From assembly GCA_016188115.1 (NCBI GenBank), contig JACPIK010000002.1, positions 148,125 to 212,124 of the forward strand: 64,000 nt of DNA, in the 5' to 3' direction. Made by a program: the position numbers and the translations under genes. A model generated the notes under the pieces. The model was not told the DNA's origin. It did no database searches and saw only the letters and a program-made list of their open reading frames with translations. Below, piece by piece: positions 28,971 through 38,003 of the stretch. The DNA comes from Candidatus Woesearchaeota archaeon (GTDB lineage Archaea > Nanobdellota > Nanobdellia > Woesearchaeales > GW2011-AR9). Position 1 is the stretch's first letter; each line of letters begins with the position of its first letter.

Positions 28971-30764
28971 TCATACACTATACATTGCTGCAATCTGAGC
29001 AATTGTTCCTAAATCAGTTGTTGATTTTTTGTCACGTCGCACTCGTTCTGCAAAACAATTTGTGATATGTAAGCTTTCTCCACGTTCTGGATCAAATCCG
29101 ATTGCGTATGAACAGGTATTATATTTTAAGTCAAAGACTTTAGCTTCCAAAACAATAGGTTCATCAGTAGAGACTAGTAATGTCGGCTTCGGTAATGCAG
29201 CAGATTTATCTTTAACATCTGACCACCTATCAAAATACTTCTTAATAATCCCAAACTTAGTACTATCTTGTTCTTCAAATCGATAGAGAGAACTAAATAA
29301 TTCTCTATGTTCGTAAATAAAACTCTCCGTTTTACCGCTTGACTTTTTTGTCCCTTTTTGACCACTATCAAAGTCAGCCTTTTCTTTTTTGTATGTATCG
29401 TAAAGTTTGAGTAAATCCTGTCCACGAGGCAAACTATCAAAGAATGTATCTACATCAAATCCTGCAATACGTCCTCCCAATGCATCTGAAAGTATCCGTT
29501 GTCCATGCTCAAGGTATACATCTTTTAATTTGACCAGAGAACCCTCTAGACTAATTCGTGAAGACAATAGTTCCATTAATTCTGCACGTAGAGTATCTAA
29601 TCTTGTTCTTTGATCATCATTTTTAATCTGGCGTCCTTCGCTATCAAGATTAACTTTGAAAGCAGGAACATATCGTCCTAATGTAGGATCATAGAGACCT
29701 AGCAATGCTCCTGCAAGAGTGTCTTCTTGAAGTTCAGTTTCATTTTCTCGAAGATATACTCCTAATACTACTGCATCCACCGTTTCATAATTTTTGATTT
29801 TGATAGTTCTAGCAAATAATCCTGTTTCATCACCTTCAAGATGTTGTGCTACACAAACTCCTTCAAGTTTATCTGATTCAGCACGTCGAACATACGCAAG
29901 CAATGTACTTTTATCTCTAATCCGCTGCCGTTCAACCACACGTGCGTTAAGAGCGTGATCAGTAAGATACTCCTCTAGCCTATCGAGCAGTTGACTAACC
30001 CGTCGATAATCTTTTGGTAAGTGTGATAATGATTCTAATGATGCGAGTTGTGCTTCTCTTGATTCATTCCAAGTTTCTGGATCCGCAATTGCAAATAGGC
30101 TATGAAACGAAAGAGTAACCTCAAAATCAGACTTAGGATTTCCATCAACAAACATTGTTGCTTGAGAAAAATACTGTTCTAGAAGAGCATCTTCGACCCC
30201 TTTGCTTCCTTTTCGTGGCCAATACGTTGCTCCTGGGAGCCGAGCTTGGATGCGATTAAAACCTGCAAGATGGGTATGTTGCCGATTGATAAGTTCTGCA
30301 TCACCAATCATGACAGGAAGCTGTTCTAAAGTATTATGCAATTCTGGAAAAAGACGAAGATCATAGGGAGTAAATTGTCGTGTTACAGCAGTAATATTGG
30401 GATGTGTAAACCCCTCGTGGGGACCGACATGTAATTGCATGCGAAATCCATTTTCCTTTACCGATGCAGTCGTCCAGACTCGTTGGCCATGATGAGAAAG
30501 TTGAATGGCTTGAGGTTTAGCAATAAATGTTGGATTAAGACAGGCAATAATTCTTCCTAACTCTGGCGTCTTACCCCCAACATAGACTTCCTGTTGATAT
30601 TGAGCAAAATTGCGAATAGCATCATCAGGATCATTTTGACCAAACTCCTCAACATAGCGTCCGAGCTCTGTACGTAGAAGTCTTTCAGGCAGGCTATCGC
30701 CTAAACCATCAAACATTAATGTTTCAATACGAGCTCGTTGCTCATCAGGCATAAAATGACCCAT
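28971..30764 (-). CDS. highly divergent ATP-dependent ligase-like nucleotidyltransferase (adenylation + OB domains)
   Basis: Candidate motifs appear in the canonical order. I: VKENGFRMQLH (KxDGxR-like). III: MIGDAELI. IIIa: LSFHSLFAI. IV: LEGVCVAQ. V: IKIKNYETVDAVVLGV. OB start: GALLGLYDP..GRYVPAFKV. VI-like: SLHITNCFAERVRRDKKSTTDLGTI, compared with LRFPRFLKYREKKAEQATTLKEV in the canonical ligase at 48083-49792. Confidence 0.65.
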   Translation of the reverse strand: MGHFMPDEQRARIETLMFDGLGDSLPERLLRTELGRYVEEFGQNDPDDAIRNFAQYQQEVYVGGKTPELGRIIACLNPTFIAKPQAIQLSHHGQRVWTTASVKENGFRMQLHVGPHEGFTHPNITAVTRQFTPYDLRLFPELHNTLEQLPVMIGDAELINRQHTHLAGFNRIQARLPGATYWPRKGSKGVEDALLEQYFSQATMFVDGNPKSDFEVTLSFHSLFAIADPETWNESREAQLASLESLSHLPKDYRRVSQLLDRLEEYLTDHALNARVVERQRIRDKSTLLAYVRRAESDKLEGVCVAQHLEGDETGLFARTIKIKNYETVDAVVLGVYLRENETELQEDTLAGALLGLYDPTLGRYVPAFKVNLDSEGRQIKNDDQRTRLDTLRAELMELLSSRISLEGSLVKLKDVYLEHGQRILSDALGGRIAGFDVDTFFDSLPRGQDLLKLYDTYKKEKADFDSGQKGTKKSSGKTESFIYEHRELFSSLYRFEEQDSTKFGIIKKYFDRWSDVKDKSAALPKPTLLVSTDEPIVLEAKVFDLKYNTCSYAIGFDPERGESLHITNCFAERVRRDKKSTTDLGTIAQIAAMYSV

Positions 30765-30887
30765 AAATTACTTGGTGAGATGGTTATTTAAGAAGATTTC
30801 GCGGACCCCTACAATAAATGTAATCACTAATAAATGTAATCACTTTAGAGGGATAAATTTATAGCTAGTTAGTATTATTATCATGTC

Positions 30888-31400
30888 ATGACTCATCCGT
30901 TAGATCATATTACCTCAAAACTAGCTCAAAATCCCTATCAAGCACGTGTTCATAATTGTGTGTCAATTGACGAACCAGCGTTACCTGCAGCAAAAGTATA
31001 CCGGGTTTTTCCCGAAGGCGGGCGTAGAGGGTCAATTATCGATCTTGATCCCGTATTAGAAATTCTCGAACCTGTTTATCAAATAGATCCTGAAGATCCT
31101 TCTCACCTTGGTGTAGTTTCTCTTAATGGGTCTCAATTAGATGATATGTTCGTTACCACTATGAACTGGGATATACGTGGTCAATATCCCTCAGTTGGAG
31201 AGATTACCGTGGGAAAATATAATCACAGACAACATCAAATAGATTTTCTACCTACTTCAGAACCCTGTCTTTACGATGCATCTCTCTTCGGATGGGAAGC
31301 TGCAAAATGGTTTCAATTCTTACAATCAGCAAGAACAGGAAAAGATCTTGAACAATATCTAAATGATAAATATACTGGACCTTTGCCAATCCCTCGCTAA
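30888..31400 (+). CDS. hypothetical protein
   Basis: 170-aa ORF, no motif recognised. Confidence 0.5.
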   Translation: MTHPLDHITSKLAQNPYQARVHNCVSIDEPALPAAKVYRVFPEGGRRGSIIDLDPVLEILEPVYQIDPEDPSHLGVVSLNGSQLDDMFVTTMNWDIRGQYPSVGEITVGKYNHRQHQIDFLPTSEPCLYDASLFGWEAAKWFQFLQSARTGKDLEQYLNDKYTGPLPIPR

Positions 31401-32485
31401 AACTCCACAACTTTCTCCTTCCTCAACAACTCTCGTTGCCACTCTCGCACATGATCCAAAGACTGTGACACTACAGCTTCTCGAATATCATCTGTGCCAA
31501 TCAATAAATAAGCTTTCATCCCCAGTTTCTCTGCAAGCGAATTACGTCGTTGTGTTATTACATCAATTTGATGTTTTTGTTCTTCTGTTAATGCTAACCG
31601 AACCGTTTTAGCACACGCAGTATTAGCAGAACATTCACCAAGAGCTAATTTCACGCGTGATGCAAAGATTTCCGCATCCGTATGGACCATGGGATGAACC
31701 CCTCGTACACTTCTCCAGAATTCGACAGTGGTTTGAGGATTCTGCGCTAATTCAATAAGTATTCCATTAGCGAAAATCATGAATGGGGGCCTATCCATCT
31801 TTTGCGCTAATCGTTTTCTCTCTTCAAAAAGAACACGCGCCACAGCACGATTAACCGGTGGCAAACGCTTGACGCCACTTACATCATCATATTCTTGTTC
31901 TTGATAATTTAATTCTTGAGTAGCATGATAACGGCACTCTTGTTCGACCCATTCCAATCTTGCTTTTACTTTTAATTCCGCAATCAATCGCCTCTTTAAC
32001 TCCAATAAATGCGCTGCATCAGTAATTGCATAGGACAACATATCATCCTTTAAAGGTCGTCGTGTCCAATCCACCCGTTGATACTTACGATCTTTCTCAA
32101 TTCCAAAATATTCTCCTAACAATGACCCCAATCCACATTGTTCTTTTCCTAAAAAGAAACAGGCTAGTTGCGTGTCAAAGAATGGTTCGAGTTGACATCG
32201 AAACTGTGAGTTCAAAATCCGCACATCAAAACTGATGTCATGCAAGACTTTAAGCACGTTTTTATTCCTAAATACATCCAGCAGTGGGGAGATATCGCCC
32301 ACTAAAAGCACATCCACAATCCAATGCTTCGTGCCAGTAGAAAGCTGAATCAACGAGATATAAGTGCCATAATGATGTAGATTATTCTCACATTCAAGAT
32401 CAAGTGCCAGTTCAGACAGATTTTCCCATTCTTTCGCAGCCGCTTTGAGTTGCTCATGTGTGGTGATATACGTAAAAGGTAACAT
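31397..32485 (-). CDS. rnd: RNase D-like 3'-5' exonuclease with HRDC domain
   Basis: DEDDy-type motifs LALDLECEN, KVLHDISFDVRIL and YAITDAAHLLEL, plus a C-terminal HRDC-like segment. Confidence 0.8.
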   Translation of the reverse strand: MLPFTYITTHEQLKAAAKEWENLSELALDLECENNLHHYGTYISLIQLSTGTKHWIVDVLLVGDISPLLDVFRNKNVLKVLHDISFDVRILNSQFRCQLEPFFDTQLACFFLGKEQCGLGSLLGEYFGIEKDRKYQRVDWTRRPLKDDMLSYAITDAAHLLELKRRLIAELKVKARLEWVEQECRYHATQELNYQEQEYDDVSGVKRLPPVNRAVARVLFEERKRLAQKMDRPPFMIFANGILIELAQNPQTTVEFWRSVRGVHPMVHTDAEIFASRVKLALGECSANTACAKTVRLALTEEQKHQIDVITQRRNSLAEKLGMKAYLLIGTDDIREAVVSQSLDHVREWQRELLRKEKVVEF

Positions 32486-32525
32486 TCTGTATCCTATTTA
32501 GAAAGCTTCTATAAAAAGATTGGGC

Positions 32526-33389
32526 TTATTTATTCTTCACCACCACATACACAATCTCGCCGTCATACTTCAACACATCAAAAGTATATCCCAATCGATT
32601 GCACAAATACTCAACCCAACCACGACGTGGCGCAGTCATTTCCTTGCCACTCATGGTCTTGGTGGCAAAACTCAACACAATAAAGCGTGTCGGGACTGCC
32701 TTCAACACTTCTTCTGTCATTTTATGTCCTTTGCCTTTGTCAAGATGATCCGTGACTTTGAACATGAAACAGACATCAGATTTTGGCAGGTGTCTTACGC
32801 CCTCAACATTGGAAATATCTAAAATCTGCGCACGAGCATTAATTTCAGGATATAATTTTGCAATACGACTAAAAAAATAATCCAACACCGCGATCTCCTG
32901 TTTGCTAACATCATATGCATAATATCGAACGTCAGAGAGTCCCATCAATGGTAATGACAACGGATTCAACCCACATCCCAAATCAATAATAGAACGAGGA
33001 TCACCTGTAATTCTAAACACATCTTGATACAACTGTTGATAAAACTCTAATCTCTCTTTTGTAGAATGATGAAGGGATAATAATTCCACCAACGCTTTCT
33101 TTCCATACTTACTCGCAAAGTACCTCTCTACGTCTTCTTTTGTAACATTTCCCTGTGTACGAAACAATCCATAGACTCGTCGCAATGAAGCCCTCACATC
33201 TTTAATAATAATCTTTGTCACAGAACTCTTCTCATTGAATGGCTTTGAAACAAATTCTTTCAAGAACGCCGGATTCTTACGAAAATATTCTTCAACAGTA
33301 TTCAATACAAACGCCTGATCAAGACCACGCAATTCTTTCTTTTGAATAATGGCTTCAATCAATGGTGTTGCATGCGTGGAAGGAATCAC
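32526..33389 (-). CDS. 16S rRNA (guanine1405-N7)-methyltransferase family protein (ArmA/Rmt/FmrO-like)
   Basis: Block-by-block match to ArmA as I recall it: LLSLHHSTKER / LLKIHSSTNER; SIIDLGCGLNPLSL / SILDFGCGFNPLAL; YYAYDVSKQEIAVL / YHAYDIDRAEIAFL; FIVLSFATKTMSGKE / FVISFPIKSLSGKE. Confidence 0.85.
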   Translation of the reverse strand: MIPSTHATPLIEAIIQKKELRGLDQAFVLNTVEEYFRKNPAFLKEFVSKPFNEKSSVTKIIIKDVRASLRRVYGLFRTQGNVTKEDVERYFASKYGKKALVELLSLHHSTKERLEFYQQLYQDVFRITGDPRSIIDLGCGLNPLSLPLMGLSDVRYYAYDVSKQEIAVLDYFFSRIAKLYPEINARAQILDISNVEGVRHLPKSDVCFMFKVTDHLDKGKGHKMTEEVLKAVPTRFIVLSFATKTMSGKEMTAPRRGWVEYLCNRLGYTFDVLKYDGEIVYVVVKNK

Positions 33390-33450
33390 ACCATCACTAA
33401 CTCCAACACTCTATAAAAACCTTTTTAAACGCCATCTGCTTCATAGGTCT

Positions 33451-34113
33451 ATGAAAAAACCAGCTACCAAACCAACCTCAACCTGGGGTAAAATGTGGTA
33501 CTTCTTGTGGCATGATGATTCGTTGGCCAGCTGGTTGGTAAACATTGTTCTTGCCTTTCTTCTCATCCGCTTTGTCTTCTACCCTTTATTAGGCGTCGTT
33601 CTCGGAACGCCTTTTCCTATCGTTGCGGTCGTAAGTGAGAGTATGGAACATGGTCTTCATAATGGCGTGTTATGCGGAGAATCATTCTCTGATTTCAAAG
33701 AGTCATTTGATAACTATTGGGACACCTGTGGCAGTTGGTATGTCCAAAATAACATCAGCAAAGAACAATTCGAAACATTCCCTCTCGCCTCTGGTTTTAA
33801 CAAAGGGGATGTTATCCTCTTATGGCGAGCGAATCAAAACAACCTCAAAGTGGGCGATGTCCTCGTCTTTCAAGCAAATAAAGCTCAGCCAATTATACAT
33901 CGTGTCGTTAAAGTTTGGCAAGAAGACACAACGCAATATTACCAAACTAAAGGGGATCATAATAGTAATAGTATCACTGGCGGAATTGGTGAAGATAAAA
34001 TAAACTCCCAGCGAATATACGGGAAAGGCGTGGTTAGAATCCCTTATTTAGGGTGGGTGAAAATTCTTTTTGTCAACGCATTACGTCCTTTTGGCATCAT
34101 TATCGAACGGTAG
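33451..34113 (+). CDS. signal peptidase I (archaeal/ER Sec11 type)
   Basis: TM segment, SESMEH (Ser box), GDVILL, IHRVV, TKGDHN. Trimmed to the ATG at 33451, because the ORF-track start overlaps the divergent neighbour. Confidence 0.8.
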   Translation: MKKPATKPTSTWGKMWYFLWHDDSLASWLVNIVLAFLLIRFVFYPLLGVVLGTPFPIVAVVSESMEHGLHNGVLCGESFSDFKESFDNYWDTCGSWYVQNNISKEQFETFPLASGFNKGDVILLWRANQNNLKVGDVLVFQANKAQPIIHRVVKVWQEDTTQYYQTKGDHNSNSITGGIGEDKINSQRIYGKGVVRIPYLGWVKILFVNALRPFGIIIER

Positions 34114-34240
34114 ATTTTTCTGTTAAGATGTTGTATAATCTCATTAAATTGAAGTAAAATTCTCTGTTTTCGTTATATTCTAAATAGATAAAATATTTAA
34201 AGGAAGTTCGTCCCTGTTAGTTTTATGAAAGGTGATTATT

Positions 34241-34552
34241 ATGTTCTGTGAGAAATGCGGTTCAATTCTTCGTATAAAAGACAAAAGCGGTAAAAAAGTG
34301 CTCTATTGTTCATGTGGCTTCACTAAAAATATTGGCGATGAACAGGCAACAGTAACAGAACAAGTTGAATCTGCAAAACGAGTAGAAGTTATTGAAAAAG
34401 TAGAAACAAACCCCAAAATTCGTATTAAATGCGAAAAGTGCGATAATACTACTGCGTATTATTGGACCCAACAGACTAGGGGCGCTGATGAACCAGAGAC
34501 ACGCTTCTTTAGATGTACTAAATGTAATCATACTTGGAGGGAATATGCGTGA
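34241..34552 (+). CDS. tfs: transcription factor S (TFS / RpoM-like)
   Basis: N-terminal zinc ribbon MFCEKCGS...CSCG. C-terminal TFIIS-type ribbon CEKCDN..AYYWTQQTRGADEPETRFFRCTKCNHTWREY. SD GGTGAT lies 4 nt upstream of the ATG at 34241. Confidence 0.9.
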   Translation: MFCEKCGSILRIKDKSGKKVLYCSCGFTKNIGDEQATVTEQVESAKRVEVIEKVETNPKIRIKCEKCDNTTAYYWTQQTRGADEPETRFFRCTKCNHTWREYA

Positions 34553-35052
34553 ACACTCCTCAAGAACTTGTTGAAGAGCTTGCAAACGATCCTCTCTACT
34601 TAAAATGGGTCAAAAATAATCCTAAAGCATTTCTTTCTCATTTTTTTAGCCCTATTGATTCGTTACTTCAACAAAAAGACGGTTGGGAAGTTGGTTACTA
34701 TGAACCCCTTACTGATCGTATTACTGTATTTAAAGCTCTCGACAAAGGCGGATTTGAAATTCGTGCACCAGCAGAAGTGTTTAAACAACCCAATAGCACA
34801 GTCGAACAATTAGATCTTAAAGAAGTTCAATGCTCTTTTGATGACGCCTGCACTGTTGCCCGCGTTCAGTTCTCATCACTTTATCCTAAAGAAAAGTGCG
34901 GTGATGGTTTTGTCATACTGCAACATACTGATCAATTACCTCTCTGGAACTTTAATCTTATTAGTCATTCATTAAAATTTCTTAATGTCAAACTTAATGC
35001 GCAGACGTCTCAACTTGCGTCTCATCAAGCAGTAGAGCTAGTACAAAAATAA
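34549..35052 (+). CDS. hypothetical protein (start uncertain: GTG 34549 or TTG 34534)
   Basis: ORF that overlaps the tfs stop. No motif recognised. Confidence 0.45.
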   Translation: MNTPQELVEELANDPLYLKWVKNNPKAFLSHFFSPIDSLLQQKDGWEVGYYEPLTDRITVFKALDKGGFEIRAPAEVFKQPNSTVEQLDLKEVQCSFDDACTVARVQFSSLYPKEKCGDGFVILQHTDQLPLWNFNLISHSLKFLNVKLNAQTSQLASHQAVELVQK

Positions 35053-35370
35053 ATTGTACTCTTTCTTTTTCTCCTTCTCTGGTCTTTCTTCCTCTATTCT
35101 ATCTGAATTTGATCTTGTTTTTATCTTGTTTTTATCTTTAATCACTTGGGCTCTCTCTCTCTCTCTTCTAAAAAGTCTATTTCCATATCCCCTCTTCAAC
35201 AATTCAATTTCAAAAAATAGTCTCAAATACAAAAAATTCAACAATACTTTCTCAATGCTACATTCTTGACGTACTATGTTCAACGTCAACAGTCTTTATA
35301 TACCACTCAACCTCAACAAGAAGTAGATAGATGTGGTGAAAAAGGGGTGATGGATGTTCCCTTTTTCACA

Positions 35371-36063
35371 CTATTTTTCTCCAATTAATCTCGCAACAGT
35401 TTGATAAATTTCTTGATGTATCTCATCAATTGAACGCACAGCCTCCTCTTTACTGCACTTAATCACGTTCCACTTTTCCTGTGTGTCATGCTGTGCAGCA
35501 AACAGAAATCCTCTTTCTGCATTGCGTAAATGTTCAATATCTTCTTCATGAATATCTTTACTCTTTCCTTGCAAGTATGCCCGTGGGGACTTTTTCTCTA
35601 CTAATTTTTGTCCAATTTCAGGAGGCATGTGAAGAAATAATGTTGCTGTGGGCTTTGGAATACCCAGAATAGTATACTCGGTATGGTTAAGCCAATCTAA
35701 AAATTCTTTTCGCTGCTGATCCGTTGTTAATTTTCCTAATTGGTGCCCTTTGCTCGCAGAAACATAACGATTTGCAATCAATATTTTTCCTTGAATAAGC
35801 GCATCTTGCATACGTTTTTTTGCAGAAAAGCGATCAAGCGCATAGAAAAGTGAAGCCTGTTGAGCAGTAATTTCTTGAGAAGATCCTAATTCTCCACGTA
35901 AATATTTTTCGACAGGAACGGCAGACCACGTTCCATACTGGGGAAAATCCACCATCTCTACTTGATGACCTTCTTGTTGCAATCTTTCAACAAGCATTTT
36001 TGTCTGCGTTCCCTTCCCTGAACCATCTAACCCATCAAGAACAATAAACACTCCTTTTTTCAT
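35371..36063 (-). CDS. tmk: thymidylate kinase
   Basis: FIVLDGLDGSGKGTQ P-loop, DRF/ANRY segments. Length is 230 aa. Confidence 0.88.
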   Translation of the reverse strand: MKKGVFIVLDGLDGSGKGTQTKMLVERLQQEGHQVEMVDFPQYGTWSAVPVEKYLRGELGSSQEITAQQASLFYALDRFSAKKRMQDALIQGKILIANRYVSASKGHQLGKLTTDQQRKEFLDWLNHTEYTILGIPKPTATLFLHMPPEIGQKLVEKKSPRAYLQGKSKDIHEEDIEHLRNAERGFLFAAQHDTQEKWNVIKCSKEEAVRSIDEIHQEIYQTVARLIGEK

Positions 36064-36181
36064 ACATGATCAATATTTGTACTAGATAAAAAGATTATGG
36101 TTGTGTTCTTCCTTAAATCCTGTAAACATAGTGTCAACCCTATCTATATCTTTAAAATAATCTCCATTTTTTGTAACATTT

Positions 36182-36760
36182 ATGCATATCACTCGATATA
36201 ACCTCCACTCTGTGCTCGAAGCATACGCAGCAGGCAATCAACCAAAAACTATCACTTTCCCCCACAATCGAGAAGAGTATGAGTCAGGCAGATATTCTTT
36301 CATTTTCCCTGCACCTAGTCGTTATCAAGCCCAAGTAGCTTTATTTGAATATGACCTACGACGTGCGGGAGCTGATCGTCGTCTTACTCATTTTTTCAAT
36401 TTTGTTGAAAGTAACAATCCTCAGAACGAACCAAATAGATTTGTCGGTGTCTTTAAAGGAATTTTCTCCTGTCAAGTTCAAGATGAAGAGCGTCGTTTGG
36501 TTCAAAAAGAATTAGGGATGTTTTCTATGATCTATAAACACATGTTGCGTGAACATGATCAACAAATCCATTTCGAAGCTACTGCTTCTTTAGAAGGGGA
36601 GTTGCAACGTGTTGAAAGTATCCTTTTGATGGGAAGAACGCAGCGAACATTCAGAGATGATCCTGACGGTAAAGAACGAAAATGGGTTATAGGCCAACTT
36701 AAAGCAAATTCATCCCTGCCACTCTATGATTCTAATTCGCCATTCACATGGTTACAATAA
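36182..36760 (+). CDS. hypothetical protein
   Basis: 192-aa ORF, no motif recognised. Confidence 0.5.
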   Translation: MHITRYNLHSVLEAYAAGNQPKTITFPHNREEYESGRYSFIFPAPSRYQAQVALFEYDLRRAGADRRLTHFFNFVESNNPQNEPNRFVGVFKGIFSCQVQDEERRLVQKELGMFSMIYKHMLREHDQQIHFEATASLEGELQRVESILLMGRTQRTFRDDPDGKERKWVIGQLKANSSLPLYDSNSPFTWLQ

Positions 36761-36842
36761 AATGAGTTCCTTTTCAATAAGAATAATGTAAGAAAATAAT
36801 AAAAAAATAAACTATAAAACTCAGTAAAGAGAAATGTGAATC

Positions 36843-37091
36843 CTAGAATCCTTTTTTCTTACTGTAGCACTCACGGCAAAAGACTGGTTTTCCTTCCATA
36901 GGTTTGAAAGGTACTTTACAAGCTGTGCCACATTCAGAACAGGTAGCTTCGTGCATTTCACGAGGACCACCAAAATCTTTCTTAAAGCCGCCACCGCCGC
37001 CTTGTCCACCACGGAATCCGCCTCCTTCACTACGAAAGCCTCCTCCTCCATTTCCTCCTCTAAAACCGCCGCCTTGGTTAAAATTTCCCAT
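36843..37091 (-). CDS. RGG-repeat protein with C-terminal CxxC-x17-CxxC zinc ribbon
   Basis: GGGFRGGNGGGGFRSEGGGFRGGQGGGGGF, then CSECGTACKVPFKPMEGKPVFCRECY. The overlapping ORFs 36821..37114 and 36904..37299 are alternative-frame and antisense readings of the Gly codons. Confidence 0.65.
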   Translation of the reverse strand: MGNFNQGGGFRGGNGGGGFRSEGGGFRGGQGGGGGFKKDFGGPREMHEATCSECGTACKVPFKPMEGKPVFCRECYSKKKGF

Positions 37092-37321
37092 TTTATTCCT
37101 CCTAACTCATACAAGAAGACAAATAGACTTCTTTTATGCTAGAGCTCTAGAACTGCCCATTCTTTATAAATTCTTGTTTTTTTATGAGGGAAAGTTACTT
37201 ATTCGCAATGTTTGCTGGTCATTGAAAAATCATCATTATGCAGATTGCACGCAGGAGGAAGTGAAGAAAAATCAGATGAAAAAGCACAAACATTCTTAAA
37301 AAATTTCCATAAAAAGCACTC

Positions 37322-37987
37322 ATGGAAGATGTCCAGGCAGCATGGAAGCCAATTCAAGCAGTGGAGTATCGGGGCATGACTTTGGCATATGGGGGTACCA
37401 TGAGTCGCTTCAGACCAGTAGGAGGCAAGCACTTCTTTTTCTTTGAAGGGGAATATGATGGATGGAAAACGATACCCATCACCGCTCGTGATCTTGTAGC
37501 ACCTGCTGGATTTGCGAATTTTGAAGGATACCCTCAACAAGCAGTTTCTATTGCTCTCAATCCTAACCCCGACGCACAATATCTTGAAGTGGGAGCTGGT
37601 TTAGGGGAATGGGTATATCGACTTGCAATGTCTGGCAAATGTAAACATCGACCGATTGTCATTGATCCAGTAGACTACCATGTTCTTGCTCATCTCATTG
37701 AAGAAATGGTAAAATACATAGAAGGGAATCATCGTTCTGAATTAATTGAACTCCAGAATCGTGTCCATGTTTATGCAGACCCCAATTTAGTCGATCATCG
37801 TAAAATGACTCTCCAAGAAGCATTTGAGAAAGGCGGTCTTGCTAGTTGTATCGATGTCGTAGTTGATAATTATGGGCCTAGCTACTGGCACAAATGGGAT
37901 GGTTGCAGCCCTTTAGCTATGGAAAAATCTTTTCTACGACAAGAGGGAATATTAATCTATAGCGAAGGAAACAAACAAAGAATTTAA
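37322..37987 (+). CDS. hypothetical protein, possibly a class I SAM-dependent methyltransferase fold
   Basis: YLEVGAGLGEW (motif I-like), IVIDPV, IDVVVDNYG, LRQEGIL. Weak. Confidence 0.45.
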   Translation: MEDVQAAWKPIQAVEYRGMTLAYGGTMSRFRPVGGKHFFFFEGEYDGWKTIPITARDLVAPAGFANFEGYPQQAVSIALNPNPDAQYLEVGAGLGEWVYRLAMSGKCKHRPIVIDPVDYHVLAHLIEEMVKYIEGNHRSELIELQNRVHVYADPNLVDHRKMTLQEAFEKGGLASCIDVVVDNYGPSYWHKWDGCSPLAMEKSFLRQEGILIYSEGNKQRI

Positions 37988-38003
37988 CAAAAAAACAAAA
38001 CAA

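Noticed and set aside
35090-35180. A pyrimidine-rich tract with short direct repeats (TTGTTTTTATCTT x2) and a (CT)n run between convergent genes.
   Set aside because: This is low-complexity DNA in a convergent terminator region. T-rich tracts are the normal archaeal termination signal, and nothing else is specific about it.
36821-37299. ORFs 36821..37114 (minus), 36904..37299 (plus) and 36951..37142 (plus), which overlap the RGG/zinc-ribbon gene.
   Set aside because: They are alternative-frame or antisense readings of the Gly/Arg codon repeats. Only 36843..37091 gives a coherent RGG + CxxC...CxxC protein.
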